64,000 bases of DNA from Minisyncoccia bacterium (GTDB taxonomy: Bacteria; Patescibacteriota; Minisyncoccia; Phycocordibacterales; UBA9973), in contig CBFHKH010000001.1 of the NCBI GenBank assembly GCA_965656375.1, forward strand, positions 644,291 through 708,290, in the 5' to 3' direction. The notes beneath the pieces are model-generated. The model was not told the origin of the DNA. It ran no database searches and saw only the letters and a program-made list of their open reading frames with translations. Of this stretch, positions 1-9,267 are shown one piece after another. Position 1 is the first letter of the stretch. Each line of letters opens with the position of its first letter. The position numbers were made by a program, and so were the translations under genes.

Positions 1-1203
1 CAAGCGATACCTTCAAGTGAGCAACCAATCGGCACTACAAATAGCCCAACTGTTCCAAATACCAATGAAGTAAAATATGTTCCGGAAGGTTCAATTGCGC
101 CAAACCAAAACATTTACAGTACAGAAGCAGGAAATACAACTAACTTCAGTAATCAAAGTACGTTAAACGGTGAGCCAAACGCAAGCAATGGCTTTACTCG
201 GGAAGTTCCAATGACAAAGACTGAGGAATATGAATACACTACTGAGTATGAAAATAAGACTGAGTACACTCCTCGAAATATTAACAATAATGAAGGGAAT
301 AAGATATATGAAGTCGGAAGCGAGAGTGGTAATCAAAGCATAGAGAATGATCCACGACATCTAGAGACAGCAAAAGATCTGCGCAAAGAGATTGGCCGCT
401 ATAACTATAAGAACAACACAGTAATCGAGAAACCGCTTGATATCAATAACAATGCACTTCAGATTAACGATCTTCCATACAAAGATGTACATAAAGCGAT
501 TGATTACAACTTTGATCAGAACAATGTAAAGTTCAAATCATACGAGATGTACGAGCGAGAGCGAGAAATGCAGTTATTGTTTGGTAAGAATTTTTATAAT
601 ACAGATACCGAGACTATCCGTGTACACTATTTCCGTTCAATGCCTGAGTGGAACATTCTAAAAAAGATTCCAGCAAAATATTTCTTTGAAGATCTTGCAA
701 CTGCAAAATCATTAAGTGGCACTACGCTTACAAATATTCCTCAAGCAGATCTCGATAAACTGGTACGTGCAGGAATAGTGACAGATCAAGTCGATGAAAT
801 CGAAGGCGTCTTAACTCATAGATATGTACTTGCAAATCAAACAGAATTACTCCGTCTCTCCGACATATATGAAAAGTCAGGTCTTTCAAATCCACGCCCA
901 CTAGATAACGAGACAATAGCAAATTACATGAACAGAGTAATGTCGAAAGTACACGAAACAGATGATGGAACACTCTTTGTCCTCAAAAATGATGTACAGA
1001 TCACAAGTAGTGCAGTAGAGAATACCGATGGCAGTGTAGTCCAGTCTGAGAGAATTCCGTCAAATACTATGAGAAGAGCGACTGTAGTTTCTCCGCGAAC
1101 CAATTCCTATCCAGGATCGTATAGCCCGAATCGTCCACTCGCAGTGAGGACCGCCGAATACTTTATGAGAAGTGCAAGTAGTCCAGTTCGGATGTTTAGA
1201 TAA
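1..1203 (+). CDS. hypothetical protein, 5'-partial (ORF open from window edge), N/Q/T-rich
   Basis: Frame 1 has no stop from nt 1 to the TAA at 1201-1203. The track ORF 211..1203 is its internal-Met portion. No recognisable domain. Confidence 0.5.
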   Translation, partial: QAIPSSEQPIGTTNSPTVPNTNEVKYVPEGSIAPNQNIYSTEAGNTTNFSNQSTLNGEPNASNGFTREVPMTKTEEYEYTTEYENKTEYTPRNINNNEGNKIYEVGSESGNQSIENDPRHLETAKDLRKEIGRYNYKNNTVIEKPLDINNNALQINDLPYKDVHKAIDYNFDQNNVKFKSYEMYEREREMQLLFGKNFYNTDTETIRVHYFRSMPEWNILKKIPAKYFFEDLATAKSLSGTTLTNIPQADLDKLVRAGIVTDQVDEIEGVLTHRYVLANQTELLRLSDIYEKSGLSNPRPLDNETIANYMNRVMSKVHETDDGTLFVLKNDVQITSSAVENTDGSVVQSERIPSNTMRRATVVSPRTNSYPGSYSPNRPLAVRTAEYFMRSASSPVRMFR

Positions 1204-1248
1204 GTAACATCTGTGCTATAATTATCATGTAATCCTAATATAAAGAAT

Positions 1249-1560
1249 ATGTTCGACACTACGAATAAAAATATAATAAAAATCCTCGGTATCGATGCAC
1301 TCCCTGTAGAACAGCAAAAAGAAGCAATGGAGAAACTTGGTGCTATTGTTTACCAGGAAGTGATGCTCCGCGTACTTGATATCATGAGTGATGAAGATAA
1401 AAATGCATTTGAAGCATTGATAGAAAAAAACCCTGATCCGGAAGCAATGTTCGCATATCTTGCTGAAAAAGTCCCAAATATTGATCAAATCGTTGCTGAA
1501 GAAGCAGAAAGCTTGCGGGAAGAGAGCGCCGAAATACTGGCTGATCTTGGGAAAAATTAG
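1249..1560 (+). CDS. small acidic hypothetical protein
   Basis: 103-aa ORF in the intergenic space before uvrD, with a TAnnnT box just upstream. No recognisable motif. Confidence 0.4.
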   Translation: MFDTTNKNIIKILGIDALPVEQQKEAMEKLGAIVYQEVMLRVLDIMSDEDKNAFEALIEKNPDPEAMFAYLAEKVPNIDQIVAEEAESLREESAEILADLGKN

Positions 1561-1587
1561 TTTTCAAATAATGCTATACTAGGATTC

Positions 1588-3507
1588 ATGCACTATCTCG
1601 AATCCTTAAATGACAAACAGAAAGAGGCCGTACTGTATACAGATGGGCCTCTTTTGATTGTAGCGGGGGCAGGAGCAGGAAAAACAAAGACAATCACGCA
1701 TCGCATCATCCATCTTATTCACCAGGGTGTTACACCATCATCGATCCTTGCAGTTACATTTACAAATAAAGCAGCGAAGGAGATGCGAGATCGAGTACAT
1801 GGACTCCTTGAGCATTCGATCCATGGTACCGCACCGTCGGAACTGCCATTTGTTTCAACATTTCATGCGCTCGGGGTACACATCCTAAAGGAAAATGCTC
1901 ATCTCTTAGGGCTTACAAAGCATTTCGCTATTGCCGACGAACACGATGCGCTTGTGATTATAAAAGATGCAATGAAAACGCGTGATATAGATCCAAAACA
2001 GTACGAACCTCGTAAAATAAAAAGTATTATTTCAAGATCAAAAGGAGATTTTATTACAGTCGATGCATATAGAGAGAATGCTACAAGTGCTCTTAGTAGT
2101 GTGGTCGCAGCAATTTGGCGTGACTATGAACAAGCTCTTAAAAAAGAGAAGGCTCTCGATTTTGACGATCTTCTCCTTGAGACAGTGCTGATACTAAAGA
2201 AGTATCCGGAGATACGGAAGAAATATCAAGAACGATGGAAATATATACACATTGATGAATACCAAGATACGAATGAAGTTCAGTATGAACTGACTAAATT
2301 GCTTGTTGGTATAAACGAGAATATTTGTGTCGTCGGAGATACTGATCAAAATATCTACAGTTGGCGAGGGGCAAACATTAAAAATATGCTTCATTTTGAG
2401 AAAGATTATCCAAATACAAAAGTCATACTTCTTGAACAAAACTATCGTTCCACAAAAAATATTATCGAAGCCGCAAATGCAATTATTGATAAGAATACCT
2501 ATCGTGTTGCAAAAACATTATTCACTGAGAATAAATTGGGTGACCACATCAGTATTTATGAAGCATACGATGAGGCGAGTGAAGCATACTTTGTAGCCGA
2601 TACCATTACTGAACTTCTTAAAGACACTGATCCGACAGATATTGCAATACTCTATCGAGCAAATTTCCAATCCCGTGTTATAGAAGAAGCTTTGCTTTCT
2701 AAACAGATTCCATATCAAGTCCTCGGAGTAAAATTCTTTGATCGAAAAGAAATTAAAGATGTGCTTTCATATATTCGAGCGGCGTATAACAAAGAATGTC
2801 TCTCTGATATAAAACGCATCATCAACACTCCGACACGCGGAATCGGGAAGGTGACACTCCTAAAGCTTTTTGCAAATCAGTTTTCTGATTTACCAAGCGC
2901 AATGCAGCTGAAAATAAATACATTCTATGCGCTGCTTGAAGAGATTCGCGAATATGCAGATGCGCACACACCATCTGAAACGATCAAATTCGTTATAAAA
3001 GAAAGCAGGCTTGAGGAAACACTCGGCCAAGGTACTAGTGATGAACAAGAACGTTTAGAAAATATGAAAGAATTGGTGACACTTGCAACAAAATATGACG
3101 CATTACCACAAGGGATAGGTATAGAAAAGCTCCTTGAAGATGCATCACTCGCAAGCGACCAGGATACGTTACTGCACAAGACTAAGGGAGTACGAATGAT
3201 GACAGTCCACGCATCAAAAGGACTCGAGTTTAAATACGTATTCATCACCGGGCTTGAACAGGATTTATTCCCTCATACACACGGAGGTACAAAATCGAGA
3301 GAAGATGCTGAAGAAGAACGTAGGCTGTTTTACGTCGCACTCACGCGCGCCGAACACAAATTATATTTATCATACGCGCAACTGCGAACCATATTCGGAA
3401 TGAGGCAAGTGAATACTCCAAGTGAATTTATTTATGACATCCCCGAACATTTAACAGAATTCACTCAAGGAGGACCTATGAGTGGAGAGACAGTGGTATA
3501 CCTATAA
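1588..3507 (+). CDS. uvrD: ATP-dependent DNA helicase UvrD/PcrA family
   Basis: Walker A AGAGAGKTKTITHR, TFTNKAAKEMRDR, DEYQDTN (motif II) and the VHASKGLEF/ALTRA C-terminal helicase motifs are present. Confidence 0.9.
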   Translation: MHYLESLNDKQKEAVLYTDGPLLIVAGAGAGKTKTITHRIIHLIHQGVTPSSILAVTFTNKAAKEMRDRVHGLLEHSIHGTAPSELPFVSTFHALGVHILKENAHLLGLTKHFAIADEHDALVIIKDAMKTRDIDPKQYEPRKIKSIISRSKGDFITVDAYRENATSALSSVVAAIWRDYEQALKKEKALDFDDLLLETVLILKKYPEIRKKYQERWKYIHIDEYQDTNEVQYELTKLLVGINENICVVGDTDQNIYSWRGANIKNMLHFEKDYPNTKVILLEQNYRSTKNIIEAANAIIDKNTYRVAKTLFTENKLGDHISIYEAYDEASEAYFVADTITELLKDTDPTDIAILYRANFQSRVIEEALLSKQIPYQVLGVKFFDRKEIKDVLSYIRAAYNKECLSDIKRIINTPTRGIGKVTLLKLFANQFSDLPSAMQLKINTFYALLEEIREYADAHTPSETIKFVIKESRLEETLGQGTSDEQERLENMKELVTLATKYDALPQGIGIEKLLEDASLASDQDTLLHKTKGVRMMTVHASKGLEFKYVFITGLEQDLFPHTHGGTKSREDAEEERRLFYVALTRAEHKLYLSYAQLRTIFGMRQVNTPSEFIYDIPEHLTEFTQGGPMSGETVVYL

Positions 3508-3676
3508 AGATTTTTACTCCATACGCGGTAACATCCACGGACTCACTACGCATAAACGTGCTCGGTTTTTGCTTTTCTCACGCCGTCGCGTTGCGAAGAG
3601 AGTCGCTCGTAGGTATTTTCGCTCCTGGAATAATAAATGTTACTATAATAACGTGATTCACAAAGCAAAAAAATCA

Positions 3677-4456
3677 ATGGGGCAAAACTTTTTGAAATCA
3701 GAGCCCGCTTTGCGAATGATGCTTGAGGCAGGCAGTGTTACAGGTACAGATGTAATTCTCGAGATCGGCCCTGGCAAAGGAGTACTTACTGAAAGATTAC
3801 TTGCAAACGCAAAAAAAGTTATTGCTATAGAAAAAGATCGCGACCTGATAGAAATTCTCAAAGAGAAGTTTAAAGAAGAGATCGCACAAAAAAGATTAGA
3901 ACTTATCCTAGGGGATTGTCTTCTATTTGATCCAAATGATCATAATATTAAATCAGGAACATATAAACTCATCGCAAATATTCCTTACAATATTACTGGA
4001 GCAATTATAAAAAAATTCCTCGCTGAAGTTGTACAACCAAATACTATGGTGCTTTTAGTACAAAAAGAAGTTGCAGAGCGTATCGTTGCTCGAGATAATA
4101 AAGAAAGCATTCTATCACTAAGTGTAAAAGCATACGGAGATCCAAAGTACATGATGAAGGTTGGAAAACGTTTCTTTTCTCCGAGTCCAAAAGTTGATTC
4201 TGCTATTGTAGCGATCACTAACATTACAAAAGATCGATTTAGATCAAAAAAAGAGGAAGAATACTTTTTCACAATTGTAAAAGCAGGGTTTGCTCATAAG
4301 CGTAAGGTTTTACGCAAGAATTTAGAAGAAATAGCACCCAAGAGTAGGATAGACATAATGTTTGAAGCACTTACTCTAGGAGTAACTACCCGGGCTGAAG
4401 ATATTCCTATTACTCTCTGGTTTAAAATTCAGAGCTATCTATCCACACATATATAG
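3677..4456 (+). CDS. rsmA: 16S rRNA (adenine1518/1519-N6)-dimethyltransferase RsmA/KsgA
   Basis: MGQNFLKS...ILEIGPGKGVLTERL SAM-binding motif. Start moved to the internal ATG at 3677; the track ORF begins at 3482, overlapping the uvrD end. Confidence 0.85.
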   Translation: MGQNFLKSEPALRMMLEAGSVTGTDVILEIGPGKGVLTERLLANAKKVIAIEKDRDLIEILKEKFKEEIAQKRLELILGDCLLFDPNDHNIKSGTYKLIANIPYNITGAIIKKFLAEVVQPNTMVLLVQKEVAERIVARDNKESILSLSVKAYGDPKYMMKVGKRFFSPSPKVDSAIVAITNITKDRFRSKKEEEYFFTIVKAGFAHKRKVLRKNLEEIAPKSRIDIMFEALTLGVTTRAEDIPITLWFKIQSYLSTHI

Positions 4457-4490
4457 TATATTTACCCTATACACTGTATAATGGGCATAT

Positions 4491-4892
4491 ATGAAGAAGG
4501 AATTGTTAAAAATTGCAGTCGTACTACCACTTCTTGCGATATTGCTCGTCGCATTCAATTACGTACATGCTGCTTCATCTCAAAATCCCTTCGGTGGAGT
4601 GATAATAAACACGAAAGCAACAGAGATACAGCAAAAGGAAGCTCAAAATTTCAAGTGTATCGTACCTGGACAAACGATAACCATCCGCCCAAAGGGTAGA
4701 AATTCAAGAACAACCTTCTTCATCCCCGCTGCAGTAAAACAAAGAGGTGGGTCATCACTCCGAGCTAATCAGAACATACTTGGATATTTCAGCCAATCAA
4801 TGACAACAATATCGTGCATATATCAGGGCTATCCTACACGAACAGAAACTGTAACTCTTCCCTCTATAACTCTATTTGGAACCAACAAGTAA
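4491..4892 (+). CDS. secreted hypothetical protein (signal peptide)
   Basis: N-terminal MKKELLKIAVVLPLLAILLVAFNYVHA signal-like segment. First gene of the T4SS-like cluster. Confidence 0.5.
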   Translation: MKKELLKIAVVLPLLAILLVAFNYVHAASSQNPFGGVIINTKATEIQQKEAQNFKCIVPGQTITIRPKGRNSRTTFFIPAAVKQRGGSSLRANQNILGYFSQSMTTISCIYQGYPTRTETVTLPSITLFGTNK

Positions 4893-4893
4893 C

Positions 4894-5766
4894 ATGAATA
4901 AATATCTTCCAAGCAGACAATTCGTAATTCGCGTGATTGTGATTGTAGTCCTTCTTATCCTTGCGATCAGCATATATAAGATCACGATATTTATAAAAGG
5001 AAAGCTTAGCCAAAAAAAACAAACAGAGCTTATTGTAAAAGCAGATGTTATTCAGAAAGACAGCAATGACAATGGGATACCTGATTGGGAAGAATCACTC
5101 TGGGGACTTGATCCAAAGAAAAACGGACAATCAAATAAAGAATATATCCTTACAAAGCGCGAAGCACTTGCTCGAGAAAATAATATTCCTTTAGAAAGCA
5201 ACGAATCCTTATCTGAAAACGAGACATTAGCTCGAGAATTCTTTTCTATTATCATGTCCCTTCAAGAGTCTGGTAATCTTGATGAAACATCTATGCAATC
5301 AATAGGAGATACGATAGGACAAAAGATTGTAGCAACACCAATTCCAGACATTTATACTGAAAATATGCTTTCAACCATAAAAGCAAATTCTGCAACCACG
5401 AGTAAATACTCTGATTCACTACTCTCCTTAATAAATTCTTATAAAAGTACCGATTTAGGAAAAGAACTCACATTTATAAGCGTCGGCCTTACCAATAGCG
5501 ACCCACAGGCACTCGTAGAAGCTGGGAATGTTGCTACCCTCTATCGAACATTTGGTAAAAATCTCTTAAAAATACAAGTTCCGAATACATTTATTGCAGC
5601 TCATTTATCACTTGCAAATGATTATGAAAAAGTGGCTCAGTCTATAGAAGGTATGTCTAAATTACTGATCGATCCGATAATAGGTATGAAAGCTATTGTA
5701 AACTATAAGAAATACACAGATGGAATCGTAACTGATTTTGATACACTTTCAAAGAATTTGGAATAG
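4894..5766 (+). CDS. membrane-anchored hypothetical protein
   Basis: ATG at 4894 lies immediately after the stop of the preceding gene. N-terminal TM (VIRVIVIVVLLILAISIY), then a soluble domain. Confidence 0.5.
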   Translation: MNKYLPSRQFVIRVIVIVVLLILAISIYKITIFIKGKLSQKKQTELIVKADVIQKDSNDNGIPDWEESLWGLDPKKNGQSNKEYILTKREALARENNIPLESNESLSENETLAREFFSIIMSLQESGNLDETSMQSIGDTIGQKIVATPIPDIYTENMLSTIKANSATTSKYSDSLLSLINSYKSTDLGKELTFISVGLTNSDPQALVEAGNVATLYRTFGKNLLKIQVPNTFIAAHLSLANDYEKVAQSIEGMSKLLIDPIIGMKAIVNYKKYTDGIVTDFDTLSKNLE

Positions 5767-5791
5767 ATGATATACTAAAGGCATTACTCTA

Positions 5792-8260
5792 ATGAATAAA
5801 CCACTGATTCAAAAAATAACATCCTTCCTAATTATAGGCCTATTTTTGTTGCAGCTACTTTCTCCATCTTCCTTATATGCTGCACCCCTTAATTATGATA
5901 ATCCGAATAAAAGTGGAAATAACCCTTACCAACTTTCTCTCAAGGGTGTAGTTAGTAGCGGTTTACTTACATCTGTTGTCGGTTGTACTGGGATAGTTGA
6001 TAAAGTTGCCAAAGTTACAACAGATTTTGCTCAAAAACTAGCCGTAAAAAAAGCAAAGTCAAAAGCAACTAGTGCCGAAGCAAAAAGCCATCAGTCTGAT
6101 TCGGTCCCAGTCGTAGACTCTACAAGTATCAAAACCGAAGAACAAGGACACAACGACACACAAACAGATATCGAAAAAGATTCGTATACAGAAAATTGTT
6201 TAAAAGGTATTGCTATAACACTTGCCAAGAATCAGCTAACTGCAATGACAAAATACACCATGAACTGGATCACAACTGGATTCAATGGTGACCCGCTCTA
6301 CGTACGTGATGTAAATTCATATATGGACAGCCTTACGACAGATATCCTTGAGAAAGAAAATGAACTTTTCAAAGATCCAGATAACGCAGATGAATATCCA
6401 TGGGCGCGGAGTTATACACAAGGACAAGTAAATATATATAAATCTGCAAAAGACGCATACGGATCATTACGACAAGATTTAACCAATTACCTCACTCCTG
6501 GTTCGACTCCAGAGAGCTTCGCAAATGACTTTTCTCAAGGAGGATGGAATGGGTGGCTTGCGCTTACCCAGCGCCCTGAGAATAATCCACTTGGTTTTAA
6601 TATAGTAGCGACTGAAAATCTTAATAAACAAAAAAACAACGCAGTAGAAACAGCAAGAGCAGAAATACAAAGAGGCAATGGAGTTCTTGATCAGAAAAAA
6701 TGCGTTGAATATGAAAAGATAACCTTCTCAGGTGCTCGTACCTGTAATGGAGGAATTCCAGAAGATGAACTTATGCCTGGTACGACATGTATTCCTGACA
6801 AACCAAATAAAACTCCTACAAACAACGCGCCACGATGTATCAAATACGAAACTGTTACTCCAGGATCAGTTATCAAATCAAAGATCGATACATATATCAA
6901 CTCACCTGAGCGTCAGATAGAACTCGCTAATACAATTAATAGTGCACTTAATGCTCTTTTTGCTGCACTTATCACGAAATTTGAAGACCAAGGTCTATCA
7001 AGTCTTGGCTCAAAGGTCAACAATTTCTCATCACCAACAATAAGTGGCGGCTTTGGATCTAATCGTCTTTTTGATTCACTCGGAAATCCAATTTCATCGA
7101 CAAATATTTTTAATAATACAAGTAATGATGCAAGTGTTAATCAATCATTTGATATTACAAGAGATCTTGGTAATAAGTACGTCGAGGCACTCAATAGTGG
7201 TTCATGGGATGCTGATACGAATACTCCTGAGATCATTCCTGGAAAGGGTATAAAGCATCAGTATTATACTGTCTCAAAAGCAGGTGATACAAAACTTTTC
7301 CCTGGAACTCATCACTTTACTGTCGGAGAGAAAGTGTACTTTGACGGTACACTATGGAAAGTAGGAGTGCCAAAATACATTATAGGTACAAAAGGAGTCT
7401 TTCAAATACAAAAGGATTACGGAGCGTCAATCGCAAAAGCTGAAACTATTCTTCCACAAGTCATTCCTGCATTGGGTGAACTCGACTATTGTATTCCAGG
7501 TCCAAACCAAAATTGGATGATGACATCTACTGATGCGAAGGATGCATATAGTGATTATTTGAGTGGAGTAACTACCGAATATATACGTGATGTGTATGAT
7601 GAGTGTCCATTTATCGGATGTGACGGTATTCAATTTATCGGGGGATTACTCAATGGGGGACTTGATCACTCATACAATGTTATCTCTCTTCCTGATGAAA
7701 CTGAATACAAGGATTTATTCGATGATGCACGAAATCTCTGGGACAAGATCGTACAAGAAGAATTCTTCTGGATAGCTCGCAATGATATACATATGCGTTA
7801 CACATTCTCTTCAGACCATTGGGCGGTTGACCCGGCATACGTAGACAGACAAGTCGCAAAATGGACTGAGCTTTCGAAAAATGCATGGGCTGAATACATT
7901 ACAAAGGCAAAGGCTCTCTATGGTATCGGCAGCCCAATGCAAAGTGAATTTACATTTAATGGAGATTACAACACCTCCTACCTACCGATGGCTCAGGCAG
8001 GGCTTGATCTTGCAAAAGATATAGTAACAAATGCAAGCGACATCAAAGAAGCTATTGAAACGAATGAAACGAATATTGCTCAATCAAGTGCTACTGTATA
8101 TAAACTCACAACTATCAAAGACAAAGTCAACAAAATCATCCTTGCTGCACAAAAGCGTCGCAAAGATAAGAGAGATGCAGATGGATTAGGAGCTATACCC
8201 CAGATCTGTCTTGATAATGAACAAGTAACCTACATCGAAAATGGTGTACTTAAACGATAA
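5792..8260 (+). CDS. large secreted hypothetical protein (822 aa), T4SS-cluster associated
   Basis: Signal peptide MNKPLIQKITSFLIIGLFLLQLLSPSSLYA; long ORF. Has the size and position of Gram-positive T4SS surface/adhesin proteins, but no motif was recognised. Confidence 0.5.
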   Translation: MNKPLIQKITSFLIIGLFLLQLLSPSSLYAAPLNYDNPNKSGNNPYQLSLKGVVSSGLLTSVVGCTGIVDKVAKVTTDFAQKLAVKKAKSKATSAEAKSHQSDSVPVVDSTSIKTEEQGHNDTQTDIEKDSYTENCLKGIAITLAKNQLTAMTKYTMNWITTGFNGDPLYVRDVNSYMDSLTTDILEKENELFKDPDNADEYPWARSYTQGQVNIYKSAKDAYGSLRQDLTNYLTPGSTPESFANDFSQGGWNGWLALTQRPENNPLGFNIVATENLNKQKNNAVETARAEIQRGNGVLDQKKCVEYEKITFSGARTCNGGIPEDELMPGTTCIPDKPNKTPTNNAPRCIKYETVTPGSVIKSKIDTYINSPERQIELANTINSALNALFAALITKFEDQGLSSLGSKVNNFSSPTISGGFGSNRLFDSLGNPISSTNIFNNTSNDASVNQSFDITRDLGNKYVEALNSGSWDADTNTPEIIPGKGIKHQYYTVSKAGDTKLFPGTHHFTVGEKVYFDGTLWKVGVPKYIIGTKGVFQIQKDYGASIAKAETILPQVIPALGELDYCIPGPNQNWMMTSTDAKDAYSDYLSGVTTEYIRDVYDECPFIGCDGIQFIGGLLNGGLDHSYNVISLPDETEYKDLFDDARNLWDKIVQEEFFWIARNDIHMRYTFSSDHWAVDPAYVDRQVAKWTELSKNAWAEYITKAKALYGIGSPMQSEFTFNGDYNTSYLPMAQAGLDLAKDIVTNASDIKEAIETNETNIAQSSATVYKLTTIKDKVNKIILAAQKRRKDKRDADGLGAIPQICLDNEQVTYIENGVLKR

Positions 8261-8264
8261 TTAT

Positions 8265-9197
8265 ATGGAACATCATCCTAGAAAAACAAAAGCATTCATC
8301 ATAACTTTCATTGCGATACTTATTCTTTTGATCGTTGGATATTTAGTATTCAGAAACACTGGTACTATCTTTGGGATAAAGAGTAGTGGGAATACGAATA
8401 AGATATTTTCTCCACTTCTTGGAACATCTAAACAAAACACAGTGGATGTGAAACCCGTAAATACAGGTGGAGATACTCCAATAAACAATACTTCGACAAC
8501 GTTACCAACAACAAACCTCTCTGTCACAGATCCGAGTGGCATAGCTCCAGGCTCAGTTTCTGCTCCGATAGGTCAAGGTGGAACAACTAATCCAAATGGC
8601 GCGCCGGTTATCACACCACCATTTAACCCGCTCCCAACACCTACAACTGACTGTGTTGATGCAAGCGGTAATCTGATTCAATGTAACAATACTCCTACGA
8701 TCACAAATCCAGAGTGTTCAGACTCTATAGATAATGATAAGGATGGGTTAAGTGACGCAGCTGATTCAAGCTGTCATACGGATTATAATGCTTCGAATAT
8801 GCTTTCGTACGACAAGAATATCAACGATGAATCTCGTTTGCAGCCAATAACTGGAGATACAGAAATATCAATGTGTCCGGATGATCCACTTGTATTTACT
8901 GAAGAAGAAAAAGTTGAACTTGCGACACTACTCCGACAATATTACTTGCTTGCACCAACACTCAAGATTGAAGACGACGTTACTCTTGTAGACTATGACA
9001 ACCAAACAAATGAAGAACTGGTCAAGCAGGCAACTTCGCTTACGAATGATTGTAATGCCCAGAAGGCATCTCCTGGATACACGGGGCCACAGGCAATCAA
9101 AGACAATCCATATTATCAAAATCCAGTGGCAAACAGCGGTGCAAAAGAGTACATACCAGGATACAGCTTGTATGAATTGATGTTCAATATCTGGTAA
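8265..9197 (+). CDS. membrane-anchored Thr/Pro/Cys-rich hypothetical protein
   Basis: N-terminal TM AFIITFIAILILLIVGYLVF, then a T/P-rich linker and a Cys-containing domain. Start taken at the ATG at 8265 after the upstream stop. Confidence 0.45.
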   Translation: MEHHPRKTKAFIITFIAILILLIVGYLVFRNTGTIFGIKSSGNTNKIFSPLLGTSKQNTVDVKPVNTGGDTPINNTSTTLPTTNLSVTDPSGIAPGSVSAPIGQGGTTNPNGAPVITPPFNPLPTPTTDCVDASGNLIQCNNTPTITNPECSDSIDNDKDGLSDAADSSCHTDYNASNMLSYDKNINDESRLQPITGDTEISMCPDDPLVFTEEEKVELATLLRQYYLLAPTLKIEDDVTLVDYDNQTNEELVKQATSLTNDCNAQKASPGYTGPQAIKDNPYYQNPVANSGAKEYIPGYSLYELMFNIW

Positions 9198-9267
9198 GTA
9201 GCTATTTCCTCAGGTACTGGAGAGGAAAAGTACTGGGATTTACTAGGAAAATTGGTATAATACTTGT

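Noticed and set aside
3482-3676. Long 5' extension of the rsmA ORF (MERQWYTYKDFY...) overlapping the uvrD end
   Set aside because: The conserved RsmA N-terminus (MGQNFL) begins at the internal ATG at 3677. The extension is Arg-rich, has no homology pattern and overlaps uvrD.
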